DNA from: Dudresnaya verticillata
Lineage: Eukaryota
Length of the DNA stretch: 64,000 nt
Assembly (NCBI GenBank): GCA_977862235.1
Contig: OZ374561.1
Span: 2,170,001 to 2,234,000 of the forward strand
Direction of reading: 5' to 3'
Every line of letters starts with the position of its first letter. The first letter of the stretch is position 1. Below are positions 41,777 through 52,837 of this stretch, piece by piece. The position numbers and the translations under genes were made by a program. The notes below the pieces were generated by a model that saw nothing but the letters and a program-made list of their open reading frames with translations, made no database searches and was not told the origin of the DNA.

Positions 41777-44700
41777 TCATTCAGCTTCACTTGCAGTGTA
41801 TTCCGCTACACGCCGGACTAGCAGCTTCATCAGCTTTTCGTCTAGTGGCCATTTGCTTGCACTTATTTGCACTGTTTCCACAAATCCTAGACGAATACGC
41901 TCAGCAATGCCTTCCATTGATCCCTCAACAGGCATAGCCTTCAAATCCTCTAGATTCACAGCACGGGCGGTGTCGGGGCCGCCCTGTACAGATTTCCATC
42001 TCATATGCTCCAAGCGTAGGGCAGTATGAACAGCCACAAGGCATCGTGGTCGCCCGCTTTTTAGAAGGCGTTCTGCTCCAGTCTCACTACGCTCCCCTCG
42101 CAAATAGTTGTTTCGAACGCGTTTGATACCCTGTGCAAGCCGCAGCGTTTCCACGTAAATGTCCCAAGTCCTGCGATACGACGACTCGAATACTGCTGCA
42201 CTCGACAAAATCCCTTTTTCCATGGAGTTCAGAATTGCCGCACGGCTTGTTGTGGCGTAAGCCAAGATGAGGTCGTCCAAAACTGCGCCATCCACAGGAA
42301 GATCTTCAGAAGACCGCTTCCGCAAACGATATACTATGGCTGCTAGCAAACGCCATTCGCCACATTGTCGAAGGAGCTGACCATAAAGGCCAAGAATTTT
42401 GCTTCTCCACCGAACAAATTTTCTTTCCGACTCTAGGGCCGGCTCGATACCCGTATCCGTGATCCGATAGTTCCACAATTTGTAGAAGTAGCCGCGATGA
42501 GTGCCGTCCGGTCCTTGATCTAATACTTTCGCAGCTGCTTCAACCCTGAAAAGCTTCCCCAGCTCTTCAAGGGCACTGCCCGTGTCTCTTAGTAGCTCGG
42601 AAAGAATCAGTGCTTTGCAAAATGTAGGCTTGAAGTAATATTCAGCGTACTGAACTTCAGACTTAGGATCTGCGCAGTACTGCATGGCCGACAAAATATC
42701 TTCTGCTACTGATATCTTTCTTTCTGCAATCCAATCCTCCATTTCCTTTGCATCGTTATTCGTTGCTACATCCAGTACAATTGCGTTCCGCTTGAAGGAA
42801 TACTTTTCGAGCAATGTCAGCATGTCTGCAGTGTTGCCGTCATTATCAAGTCCACGCAATATCTTCATTCGAGAAACGTGAAGCTTGTAGAACGGCTCAA
42901 TATCAGGAGGTTGCCTTAATGCCTCTTTGAGAGATTTGTTTTCGTCGATTGCTCGCTGAAACAGGGCAAGATATTCTTGAGGCTTACCGCCGGTCTTACG
43001 GACGAGTTTCGCTTCGATGAGAGTGTAATACCACTGTGCCTTTTCCATATTTGCATACCCAGTACGCCAATTTCTTTGGTGGTGGGGTACTGCACTGGGC
43101 TTTGCCCTTGAGGCATGCTGCGGGGCTTCAACGAGTCCGACAGTAACACTCTCTTCCCTGCATCCGCGAGAGACACTCATGATAGCCTGGCCTTCGCGTA
43201 GATTTCGAAGAGCTGAAGTTCCAAGTTCAACCAGCTCTTCCGGAAATCGATTCCTAGGATGAGCGGGCAGCCTGCATTCCATTGTGCTTTGATTCCAGTG
43301 CAAGTGAAAATAGCGCTGTTCTCGAAGCCGAAGGATTGATGTTGCTGCCTCGCCGAGGCGGATAGCAGCTATGCGGTGTACATCTTCTTGATCTTCATTC
43401 TTGCATGGATGCGGTTCATGTCGCAGGATTGGTCGAGATGTCGTCTCGTTTGTTAGCCCCAATATCGCGAACAAATCCCCATCATCACCGAATCCATGCC
43501 AAGTTTCATCATCGTCTCCATGACAGGACATTCCAAGCACGTGAGCAGCACTGAACTGTCTGGCCTGACTGACCACACCTTTAGACCAAGAATGCGTCAG
43601 CAACGACTCGGCAAATCCGAAGCAAGCTTCGGCTCTGCTCAGCACAGTGTCTACAGCCTCTCCGTCTCCTAATGCAGCCAAATCTTCAGTCCTGTACAGT
43701 CCGAATGAAGAAAAGTTTAGTTCCCTTTCATCCAACACGAGGTCTGAAATTTCAATAAAGATACGACCAAGAAGAATCCACGCACCGACGCTCCACGGCC
43801 TGCTTCGCAATGCGATAATGCAATCGCTAGATGCGGACAGGAGCCGATCAGCTGCCTCTTTGGGTCTCTTCCTTCTCTCAGCATTTTTTTGCTTCTTATA
43901 CTCAGCTTCGTGGGCAGCCAGCGTCGACATTGCGTGAAGAGCAAATACCTCAAAGAATAGAATTGATACCTGGGTCTTTTTCGCTTGGGAAATTCTGTTT
44001 TCATCCTCCTCAGATGCGTCCTCTTGGCATTGGTTCCATTGTTCCTCTAAACGTGAAACATTTTCAGTCGCTCGCTTGGATACTCCCTCTCTCGTCTCAA
44101 CCACGTCGCTGACGATCTTATCAAATGCCTGGAATGGCAGCATTGGTACGCCATGCGGTGGATTTTCCGGGAGCGCTTCAGCCAGTCGAGAAAGAAGTTC
44201 TCTATGCCGTTTTGCGCGTCCTCCGTCCCTTCTGCGACGACAAACACCCTCGAAAATGCGTTGGCGGTAGAAGAGATACACGTTCTTACACATGTCTACA
44301 TCCATGGCGGGCTTTGAGGTACTTGAGTCTCCCGCATTGAAGGTCAGCCCAATGTTCTTGCTAGCATGGCATCCTTCTTGCAGCCAGCGGTGGTCTACAT
44401 GAATAGTTGAATCTCCTGAAGAACTTTCCAAATCATCGACCTTGTACAGACACTCAAAACATTGGGAAATTTCGTGTCTCAACACGGCAACATCTCGCCA
44501 CTGGTATGAGGCATCTTCCTTGTCAAGATCGCTAGTGTCGTCATTCGGCACCGCGGCCTCAGGTTGCGATGACGGAGATAAAACACTCTGGCGAGACCCC
44601 AGCTGCTCATGTTCGTTTCCCTGTTGCGTTTTTGTGCCGTCTCCGGAGCGCATCTTCAGTTCTTTCTCGGCTTCAAGTTGGTCGGAAGCGATTTCTTGTA

Positions 44701-47700
44701 GTCTTGCCAACAAAAACCTTAAATAGAGTTTGATCAGAGCCCCACTTGTTCCTTCCTCTCGGCAACATCCACGTGCCACTAGAGCCCTTAGGCAAAAGGA
44801 TGTAACATACAACATCCTGATCGTGATACTTTCTACTTTGGAATGGCTTTCTGCCATCGATAGCAATGGAGGATCATCCTTGTGAATGAGCAAGATGCAG
44901 CGCGCATATGCCAGCATACATCTCATGAAGCCTAGTCTTTGATTTCTTTGGGATCCATTGAGGTCTTCGCCTGAAGGAGTAAACCTTTGTAGGGGAATCT
45001 TGGCAACGAGGAGCGATGTCATTGACGCTAATGTGATGCAAGAGATGGTTACTGCTCTTTCCAATGACCATCCACTTATTCCCGTATCCACTTTCAATGC
45101 CCCCGAGCTGCTCGGTGTGGAAATCTTCTTGATGACGGCTACATACTTCCGAATTTGGACCAGCAAGTCAGAAAGCTTTGCGGAGCTTGAGTCAAAATCC
45201 TCTTCCAGCGCACCTTCTTCTCTCATTTTCTCAGCTCGAAAGCATGCAGCATAGTAATGTACTGCCATGCGCAGCCGTACAGAAAAACACACAAGTTCTC
45301 CTACGACATCTGAGGATTTTGCACACGCCTCTCCAAACACAGCAAGACGCGGTTCAAGATCAGCCTCTGCGTCCAACATGTTCTCCCATCGTTCCAGTTC
45401 GGAGGAGCTGGAAAAGTCCACTTTGAGATCATCATTCTGCCATGTATCGAGGCGCAGTTCGCGTACGGAGGCATGTATCGATGGCGAGAGAATCGACACT
45501 GTTCGCTTGGCTGCTTCCTTGCTGTCGTCGCCATCTTTCCGAAGCTCTTCCTTTGCATGCTCGAGGTCTCGTGCAGTCTTGAGATTGCTTATCCGTCGAG
45601 AGAACTTTACAGAAAGCTCGTCCAGAGAAAATCCTGATAAACTCGGCCCAAGAACTTCAGGGGCATTGCTTCCAGACGCGGTTCGTGCCTCTGAAAGAAG
45701 GGCAAGAGTCTGCTCCGCAAAGGAAAATGACATTTGCATTTCGCCACAAGACTCGTGCAAGAGACTCCACAGCCACGAAATTCTAATACGGAGGAAAGCT
45801 GCGTCGTCTTGACCACGCGAGGCTAGGGAAACGTTCGCCAAGATGCGGCGAGCCTCTTGAAACCGCTGAAGTTTTGCTTTTCCCGCTTTCTTCCCAGACT
45901 CCAATAGAGCCTCAGCGATTAAAACTGTCGCATCGGCAGGTCCTGGCAAATGCAAAAGTAACTTATCACGCAACACAATCCATAGCGTTGCAAGAGTAGA
46001 TGCATACTGCGCGACTTTTACCTGAGAGAGGCATTCCAGAACTCGAAGAAGTAAGTCCGTTGGTCCGCTATTCGCCACATCAAATGACTTTAGACACTTC
46101 TCCACAGTCTCAGCCTCTTCGCGTTCGTCAACATATTTCGCCCTAGTAGACTGTCTTGTTCTCTCGAGGCCTTCAGACTTTTCATCAAGACTTGGTACAC
46201 TCGTAGAGTTTGGCTCTCCAGAATTACGTTCCGGACGCAATTCTACGCTGTGTGCTATGTCCGGAACGCCTGCTTGGCTCTCGTGCTCAACGTGGCACAT
46301 CGCCAATAAGCCCTGAATAAGATCCTTGTCTTCTTGGATACTGTCCTTCATGTCCGCAATTGTTCTTGTCTGACGACGCTCTCCATCATGTAGGGCAGTT
46401 TCGATTTGGGATTTTTGCCTGCTTGACCGGCGTATCTCGGGTTGCTTTCCGGTTTCCTTTTCCGATGAGAGCTGCGCCACCTCTTCCGCTACATATGTTA
46501 CTTTCTTCACGTCTTCTTCCACATCAATTGTAGTAGCTCTCTTCTGAACAGCGATTGAGGAATCCTCTGTTGCTTGCGGAATAGGAACATCTGCGTGTTG
46601 AAAAACAGTCCCAACAGCAGCGATATCGGGAACGGTGCTGTTTATGGGAGTATTGCGAGGAGGTTGCGCTGATTTCTCTGGGGCGACCTCTTGGGGTGTT
46701 TTGTTACCTGTACCTGTGCCAGGCATTGATTCTTTTCTCTCCGACATCCGCACAGGCACCACTTCCATGTCGTCACCAGTAGTCGCCGCACGAGGAGGAT
46801 GTGAGCTTTGGGAAACAAACTGTACTTCATCTGAGTAGTCTTCGTCGGAAACTTCACCCAAGACTTGTGATGCCAGGGTCTCTACGGACGGGTATTGAAA
46901 CTTGAGTGGGTGTGCTACTGGCCTGTTTCCCAAGGGTTCTCTGTTTTCTAATCTCGATTCCAGGCATGTCTTGAGAACATCTACAAGGTGGCCCCAGGTA
47001 AGTTCTCGGACTCGAACAACTTCTGGTTCATTCACTGGTTGATGGTGCTTCTCTTTCAATTCCTCCATCAGATACTTATCTCTATTCTGCAACATATTCT
47101 GGACGGCTTGCTGAAATGGTTCGTGTACCCTGAAAGTGCTTGCGCTGCAGCAATCCTCATCTGCGTCGCCAATAGCTTGTAGTACCGCGCGGTAATCAGC
47201 CTCGCACAGCCAATGCGAGGGGCGCAACGACAGTGCTGTTTCATAAGCTCGACGAGCGACATGGAGCCTTCCACAGTGAGAAGCGGAACGCGCGGCGCGT
47301 ACCCAGATAAGGAAATCGGAGCGGTCATCGTCCAGAGCAGCGACGTATGCCTCTAATGCTTCAACGTATTGGCACAGAACAAAGTGGGCCTCAGCCAAGT
47401 TTCGGTGTACAGCATAGCGAAGGCGTCGTTCCCAAAGCGGAGAATTTTCGGTACGTTGGCGTTTCTGGGGTAGGTTTGAGCCCAGTGTCTTCTGCGACAG
47501 GGCTGCTCTTCGCATAAGTTGCGATTCGCGGAGGTCTGCAGCAATCGCAGAAAACTGATCCCGAGCGCGTTCATGGTCATTCTTCTGGTGACTGATGAGC
47601 GCCTCCTCGTACTGCTCGCGTAAGCGATGCTCACGATGCTCTGGTGTTTCCTTGGAATATGAGTTACCGGCAGACGCCTGACCAGCACTTGTTGTACCCG

Positions 47701-47737
47701 CGTCGGGAGCGTTGAAGGCCCCCCAGCGCTGCAGCAT
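41777..47737 (-). CDS. CABIN1: CABIN1/Hir3-like TPR protein (HIRA histone chaperone complex), 1986 aa
   Basis: N-terminus AFNA...ETPE.RE..L...YEEAL..., RYAVHRNLA, D..IW.R, ARRAYE.AL...P.HWLC follows the CABIN1 pattern; later IEPFYKLH motif. Start taken at ATG 47737. Confidence 0.85.
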   Translation of the reverse strand: MLQRWGAFNAPDAGTTSAGQASAGNSYSKETPEHREHRLREQYEEALISHQKNDHERARDQFSAIAADLRESQLMRRAALSQKTLGSNLPQKRQRTENSPLWERRLRYAVHRNLAEAHFVLCQYVEALEAYVAALDDDRSDFLIWVRAARSASHCGRLHVARRAYETALSLRPSHWLCEADYRAVLQAIGDADEDCCSASTFRVHEPFQQAVQNMLQNRDKYLMEELKEKHHQPVNEPEVVRVRELTWGHLVDVLKTCLESRLENREPLGNRPVAHPLKFQYPSVETLASQVLGEVSDEDYSDEVQFVSQSSHPPRAATTGDDMEVVPVRMSERKESMPGTGTGNKTPQEVAPEKSAQPPRNTPINSTVPDIAAVGTVFQHADVPIPQATEDSSIAVQKRATTIDVEEDVKKVTYVAEEVAQLSSEKETGKQPEIRRSSRQKSQIETALHDGERRQTRTIADMKDSIQEDKDLIQGLLAMCHVEHESQAGVPDIAHSVELRPERNSGEPNSTSVPSLDEKSEGLERTRQSTRAKYVDEREEAETVEKCLKSFDVANSGPTDLLLRVLECLSQVKVAQYASTLATLWIVLRDKLLLHLPGPADATVLIAEALLESGKKAGKAKLQRFQEARRILANVSLASRGQDDAAFLRIRISWLWSLLHESCGEMQMSFSFAEQTLALLSEARTASGSNAPEVLGPSLSGFSLDELSVKFSRRISNLKTARDLEHAKEELRKDGDDSKEAAKRTVSILSPSIHASVRELRLDTWQNDDLKVDFSSSSELERWENMLDAEADLEPRLAVFGEACAKSSDVVGELVCFSVRLRMAVHYYAACFRAEKMREEGALEEDFDSSSAKLSDLLVQIRKYVAVIKKISTPSSSGALKVDTGISGWSLERAVTISCITLASMTSLLVAKIPLQRFTPSGEDLNGSQRNQRLGFMRCMLAYARCILLIHKDDPPLLSMAESHSKVESITIRMLYVTSFCLRALVARGCCREEGTSGALIKLYLRFLLARLQEIASDQLEAEKELKMRSGDGTKTQQGNEHEQLGSRQSVLSPSSQPEAAVPNDDTSDLDKEDASYQWRDVAVLRHEISQCFECLYKVDDLESSSGDSTIHVDHRWLQEGCHASKNIGLTFNAGDSSTSKPAMDVDMCKNVYLFYRQRIFEGVCRRRRDGGRAKRHRELLSRLAEALPENPPHGVPMLPFQAFDKIVSDVVETREGVSKRATENVSRLEEQWNQCQEDASEEDENRISQAKKTQVSILFFEVFALHAMSTLAAHEAEYKKQKNAERRKRPKEAADRLLSASSDCIIALRSRPWSVGAWILLGRIFIEISDLVLDERELNFSSFGLYRTEDLAALGDGEAVDTVLSRAEACFGFAESLLTHSWSKGVVSQARQFSAAHVLGMSCHGDDDETWHGFGDDGDLFAILGLTNETTSRPILRHEPHPCKNEDQEDVHRIAAIRLGEAATSILRLREQRYFHLHWNQSTMECRLPAHPRNRFPEELVELGTSALRNLREGQAIMSVSRGCREESVTVGLVEAPQHASRAKPSAVPHHQRNWRTGYANMEKAQWYYTLIEAKLVRKTGGKPQEYLALFQRAIDENKSLKEALRQPPDIEPFYKLHVSRMKILRGLDNDGNTADMLTLLEKYSFKRNAIVLDVATNNDAKEMEDWIAERKISVAEDILSAMQYCADPKSEVQYAEYYFKPTFCKALILSELLRDTGSALEELGKLFRVEAAAKVLDQGPDGTHRGYFYKLWNYRITDTGIEPALESERKFVRWRSKILGLYGQLLRQCGEWRLLAAIVYRLRKRSSEDLPVDGAVLDDLILAYATTSRAAILNSMEKGILSSAAVFESSYRRTWDIYVETLRLAQGIKRVRNNYLRGERSETGAERLLKSGRPRCLVAVHTALRLEHMRWKSVQGGPDTARAVNLEDLKAMPVEGSMEGIAERIRLGFVETVQISASKWPLDEKLMKLLVRRVAEYTASEAE

Positions 47738-48279
47738 GGGGATGCTTTGGCTATTTTCTTTTGGGACGCCTCTGTCCCTGAGAGCGAAGTTAAGAGTTAG
47801 ACAGGACAGCACTTTCAGCGGACTGGGTTGCAGTCGGGCTTCTCCTGCAGCGCACCAAAATACCCTGGGACTCTGGTGGGGTACCTATCGAAGCAAGCGA
47901 TCAATAATAAAACTGTAACTGGCGCTTCGGTTTTCTGGGACCTGTTTTTGAGGATGAAATTGGGAGTCAAATGGCCCACATCTCGGACTGCGTACAGACT
48001 CACAACTGAAGTCCTAGTCGGTAGGTGCTCGCAAGGTGCAAAGATTTCGATGCAGATAGGCGGAAGGTACCGTGCCTGCCACTCTACACTCCTCCGTCAA
48101 GATTTGAGATCCTCGTTGTATAGGGACGAAGCGCAGAACCGGTACTGGTACCCTATTCAAGCATATCATCGTTCTGGTCACATCTCAGAGCCTTCGCAGT
48201 CGCGCATTCGTTCCGCGTACTAGTGTGGGGTCAACAATTCGTGGTGTTGTTCGGCTCATTACCGATGTGGTGCTGGTCA

Positions 48280-49545
48280 ATGGAGTCAGCAGGTTTTGCT
48301 ACACCCACGCCAGTCTGTTTCCGTTCGTCTGTGGCACGTTTGGAAGCTGTTTCGAGTAGCGGACTATGCTCTGTTAGGCCCTTAAGCCCCAGCTCGAGGG
48401 CCACAGCGAGAACGTGTCCATCGATGCTCTTTGACCGGCTCTTCAATCCAATAACGTATGATCTCAACGAGCTTTCGAAGACTCACCCGGCAGTGCGCGT
48501 ACAAGCACTGCGAAAGAAATTTGAAAAGAAGGTAAAAGGGAAAGGAAAGCGAAAGGAGAGCAAGACGATTACCGCTCTTGAAGACATTTCATTCACTGTG
48601 GAACGAGGGCAAATGTTGGGCCTTTTGGGTCCGAATTCGAGTGGTAAGACAACGGCACTGCGCTGCATAGCTACCATGTGTGATCCGGACGAGGGTAGTG
48701 TTGAGTTTTACGGCATCAATGTTTTGGAGAACCCGTACGTAGCTCGCGAGATGCTTGGGTTTGTTGCCCAGAGCGCAGGGCTTGACAAGGTTCTAACCGG
48801 CCGCGAACATCTTGACATGTTCGCAGGCCTTGCACATTTGGACCGCCGGACGAAAAAGCAAAATATCGACTACCTGGTACAGGGTCTTGGCTTGGAGGAG
48901 TTTATTGACAGACAGGCAGGTGTCTATTCCGGGGGAGTCATAAGGAGGCTGGACATGGCGATCGCGCTGTTGCACCAGCCCCCGATTTTGATCTTGGATG
49001 AACCCACAGTTGGACTGGATGTCGAGTCTCGCCAGACTATTTGGGATGTGCTCAAGAATTATCGGAGTGAGGGAGGTTCCATTATTTTGACATCGCATTA
49101 TCTCGAAGAAGTGGACGTCTTGTCGGACAAAGTCGTTATTCTCGACAAGGGTGTGATGCTTGCAGAAGGCTCCCCGACTGAACTGAAGAATAGCCTGGGG
49201 GGTGATCGGATTTCTATTCGACTAAATGAGTTCACAAGTGCAGACGAAGCGGAAATGGCCTGCATGTTGCTGCGAGAACGAGGTTTGGTGCAGAACGCTT
49301 TGATCAACAGTCGCAAGAACAATACTATTGAGCTTGTTGTAGATGCAAAGAACGCACGGATCGGCGGAGAGATCGTACAAGCTCTAACCGAAATTGGCTT
49401 CGACAAGCTTTTCAGCTTTTCACAGTCAAAGCCGAGTTTGGACGATGTATATCTTGCTGCGACTGGCACAAGTATTTCTGATGCGGATGCGTCCGCAAAA
49501 GCGCAGCGAACGGAGAAGGCCATGCGACAGGAAACCATGGCGTGA
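48280..49545 (+). CDS. Stand-alone ABC ATPase, DrrA/ABC-2 type, probably plastid-targeted (421 aa)
   Basis: Walker A GPNSSGKTT, signature YSGG, Walker B ILILDEPT, H-loop TSHYLEE, C-terminal PSLDDVYLAATG. Ser/Arg-rich presequence; no transmembrane domain. Confidence 0.9.
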   Translation: MESAGFATPTPVCFRSSVARLEAVSSSGLCSVRPLSPSSRATARTCPSMLFDRLFNPITYDLNELSKTHPAVRVQALRKKFEKKVKGKGKRKESKTITALEDISFTVERGQMLGLLGPNSSGKTTALRCIATMCDPDEGSVEFYGINVLENPYVAREMLGFVAQSAGLDKVLTGREHLDMFAGLAHLDRRTKKQNIDYLVQGLGLEEFIDRQAGVYSGGVIRRLDMAIALLHQPPILILDEPTVGLDVESRQTIWDVLKNYRSEGGSIILTSHYLEEVDVLSDKVVILDKGVMLAEGSPTELKNSLGGDRISIRLNEFTSADEAEMACMLLRERGLVQNALINSRKNNTIELVVDAKNARIGGEIVQALTEIGFDKLFSFSQSKPSLDDVYLAATGTSISDADASAKAQRTEKAMRQETMA

Positions 49546-49673
49546 GTGTTTCTTACGATTGTAAAATGTTGCAGATGGATACACTGAACGAAGGAGCGAG
49601 CCGCAATCGCAGCGCATAGGCTAAGTAAAACACAGACCTGGTCAAATTGTGTGAGCCGTGCACGTCCTCAGCT

Positions 49674-50837
49674 TTATTCGGCGGCGGCGGCAGCAGCAGC
49701 AGAAAGATGCGCAGCAATTTTATCCTTGATGGCCTGCTTCCGCTCGTCGTAAGTCCTCTTCTTCAGGCGCCAGTTCTTGTTGTGGTCCGTCGTACTTTTA
49801 GCTTTCTTGGTGAACGAGGGATCCTCACGAATCTTCTTGTGAGCTTCTGCGTACATGTCCTCAATAGAGTCGGCATCGACACCATCCTTGATGTAACACG
49901 AGAATTGACGCTGGTAAGCGTCTTCATCTTCCTCCAGAAGGTACTGCATGTACTCGGCCACATGGGCACCCAAGATACGGTTTTTGAGCTCCTCCGGGTC
50001 GAAGCCCTCCTCTTTAGTGTAGGCAGGGAAACGCTTCTCGTTGTGTGGAATGTTCATTCCACCGTCAACAGCTCCCTTCATGACAGCAAACACCTTCTGA
50101 CCCGATGTGGTGCGCACAAGTCCGATGTCTAGAAGCGCAGTGAACGGACGTCGGCCCTCCTCCTCCTCCACCATGAACATCTCACCGTCGACCTCCTCAA
50201 CGCCAACGTAGGTCTCGTCCAGGCCAAGCTTAGCGAGATGGCGGCGAGCGCAAAGCAAACCAACGCAGTACGCGGCAGCGAAGTTGGTGAGCCCGTTCTT
50301 AATACCGTAGCGTGGGAGCTCATGCGAGTACGCAGCAGTCATCACCTCATCGCCGGCCAGACGAGCAGCGACGATCTGGCAGATGATGTCCCTATGGATG
50401 TGTAGCAATGCAGGGGATGGATGGGGATTGGCGTATGGTCAGTGTCGGTGTGGCTCGTACCACGAAGGTCTGCCGCAGCAGCTTCGCTTCTATGTACAAA
50501 GCACTATGCGGAGCGCATCTCCAGCTGGACTGGGATGCGCCGCAGCAGCTTGTTCCGCGATCGGCGCGCTTGGGCCGTTCCCGATCGGTACTGGAGCTTT
50601 TGCTGGATTCCGCAGAAATGGTGCGCAGGGTCGTGAGGCGATGAGGGGAAGAGGGACAACGTACTTGTTAGTGAAGCGGACGACCAGGCGGTAGCGCGGG
50701 GAGTTGTACTTGCGCTTGTCCTGGGTCACAAGGCGACGACGGGCCTGGTAGTCAGTCTTTCCCTCGCGACGGCGGCGCCATTTGGTCTGGTACCGCTTGC
50801 TGTAGGCCTTGTTCTTCGCGAACTTAACGCGTGCCAT
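49674..50837 (-). CDS. RPL5: 60S ribosomal protein L5 (uL18), 2 exons: 50837-50665, 50391-49674; 296 aa
   Basis: [63 protein letters not shown]. Confidence 0.98.
50392..50664 (-). other. RPL5 intron (273 bp), highly self-complementary
   Basis: GTACGT donor, CTGAC branch, CATAG acceptor; three stem-loops visible. Confidence 0.9.
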
Positions 50838-51639
50838 GGTTAAAGTGAGATGATTGTCGGGGGCGACGGTGGTCGTGGCAGGATAGAAGATGTTCAGAGG
50901 AGAGGCGATCACTAGTTCAAAAAGCCCACTCGAGCGCATTCGCAGACAGGCTAATAATTTTGATGCGGCTGATGCGGTCGCCGGCGGCAGGCGGCAAGCT
51001 AGGGTTACTGCAGAGCAAGATCATAACTTGTGGGATCAATTACATGCAGAATAAAGTGTGGCCATTGCAATTTCAGGAAAGAAATTTGCTTTGGAGCGGA
51101 GGGGTTTTGTAAGAAATGCTCCTCAGTGCGGGGGTTGACGTGTTCTGCATGCGCGTGCAGCGCCAAGCAACGGTCCTCCAGCTTTCAATGCACCTTGCGT
51201 TGGCATTGGCAAGGGCGACGCTCGGCCCGTTTGAGGCACCCCCACTGTCCCGCTCCGCGAAGCACAAGTGCGTGCACCACGCTCGACCTCAACGCGGTCG
51301 CCGCCGTCGAATCCCATCCAGCTCGGTCGACGCATAGCTCTGCAACTTTCTTCGGCAGTCTGCCTCCCCGCGCAGCATTGCCCTTGTTCTGCCCCTGCAA
51401 GCACTGCTTCACCAGTCGGTCCTCAACACTGTCGCGCCTCTGCTCGGGGCGTTGCCTCCACAGCCCTATTGCGCCTGATTACGCATAGAAGCCCGTTCGA
51501 AACACGCACCGTTGTCGCTGCACAGCGTATAGCTACAAAGGGTAGCCGTGGTCGCTTACACAAGGAACGTCTGCAACATTCGGTGTTTCTTCTCGTTCCA
51601 ACTCATACAAACCCAAATTGCCCTCGACTGCTGGGCATA

Positions 51640-52263
51640 ATGGACTCGAAGCTAGAGAGCGCGAACGGTATACAGCCTGGTTTGGCAGCTGACGCTGAGA
51701 ACGGTGCGTCAAGCGGCTTCGTCGGCCACGCATGGGACCGCTTGAAGGACTTGCTACCAGACCTTCGTGAGCTGTACACGGAACCACTTCACCCGGCGTC
51801 GGGGCTACCACTGTCGGACCGCGCCAGCCTCGTGATGCAGAGCACCCGCCCCTGGCGTGAGTTTCTGGACTTGTCCACATTCAACCGCCCCACGCTTGAG
51901 GAGGCTAATAAGCGGGTCGGCCACAACTTGAAGACTTACTTTTATAACTACTTCCTGCTGGCTTGTCTTCATATCCTGCTTTTCTCATTTGGGCACTTCG
52001 GCACTGTATTTGTTGTCCTACTTTGGGCCTTGTTGTTCTGGTTTATGTATGGATATCATCCGGAGGACATTGATGTGTTCGGAAAGTTTGTATTGGACGA
52101 TCGCGGAAAGGTGGTGGTTGCGGTGCTTACGTGTGTAGCGGCTGTGCTGTTGGGGCATGTGTTAACCCTTGTTATTTCACTACTGGTGTTCCTGCTTATC
52201 GTTGTGGGAGTGCATAGCTTGATCAGGGATAATACCATGGATGCAATAGAGCCCGTGATTTAG
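51640..52263 (+). CDS. PRA1: PRA1 family protein (prenylated Rab acceptor), 207 aa
   Basis: RPWREF...F..P, RV.HNL..Y..NY, two long hydrophobic hairpins, and VGVHS..R near the C-terminus. Confidence 0.9.
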   Translation: MDSKLESANGIQPGLAADAENGASSGFVGHAWDRLKDLLPDLRELYTEPLHPASGLPLSDRASLVMQSTRPWREFLDLSTFNRPTLEEANKRVGHNLKTYFYNYFLLACLHILLFSFGHFGTVFVVLLWALLFWFMYGYHPEDIDVFGKFVLDDRGKVVVAVLTCVAAVLLGHVLTLVISLLVFLLIVVGVHSLIRDNTMDAIEPVI

Positions 52264-52837
52264 TAGTATTCCATTCACGCTGGAATCGACCAATCGACCA
52301 GTCGACTATCATCGGAGGTAATTTTCGCTATGCCTTCATGTACTGTACATATCATCAACTAGACTCTACAACTAAAAATCCATATTGTTTGCTATAACCT
52401 TCATGACACAGGCAGACAGGTTCTTCGGTGATGCTGCGGTTCATTGCTCAAGACCGCAACAGGACCATGTTGGATTAGTCACCCCTTCATGTTCCGTGCT
52501 CCAAAAACAGATCTTGTTTGTTCCAATTCGACGCGTTAAAGAGGCGAGAGCAAAGGCCGATTCATGATGCGAGAAAGCAACATACTCTTCACATGCCCAG
52601 CGCATCCTCTCCGTTACCCACCCTTCCGATAAGAGAGGAACGTGGCCGAAATATATTTACCTTCATAGATAGACTATACAGCACGTCATGACAGCCCTGA
52701 ACATATCTAGGAGTACAGCCCTACGTGTTAGTTTAGCAATGCCATGGGTGCTATGTGTTCCAAAACACATGGCTACGACCCACACTCATTACTTCTCCCT
52801 GTTAGTAAAGACCTTGATATGCCACCAGATGCAACAA

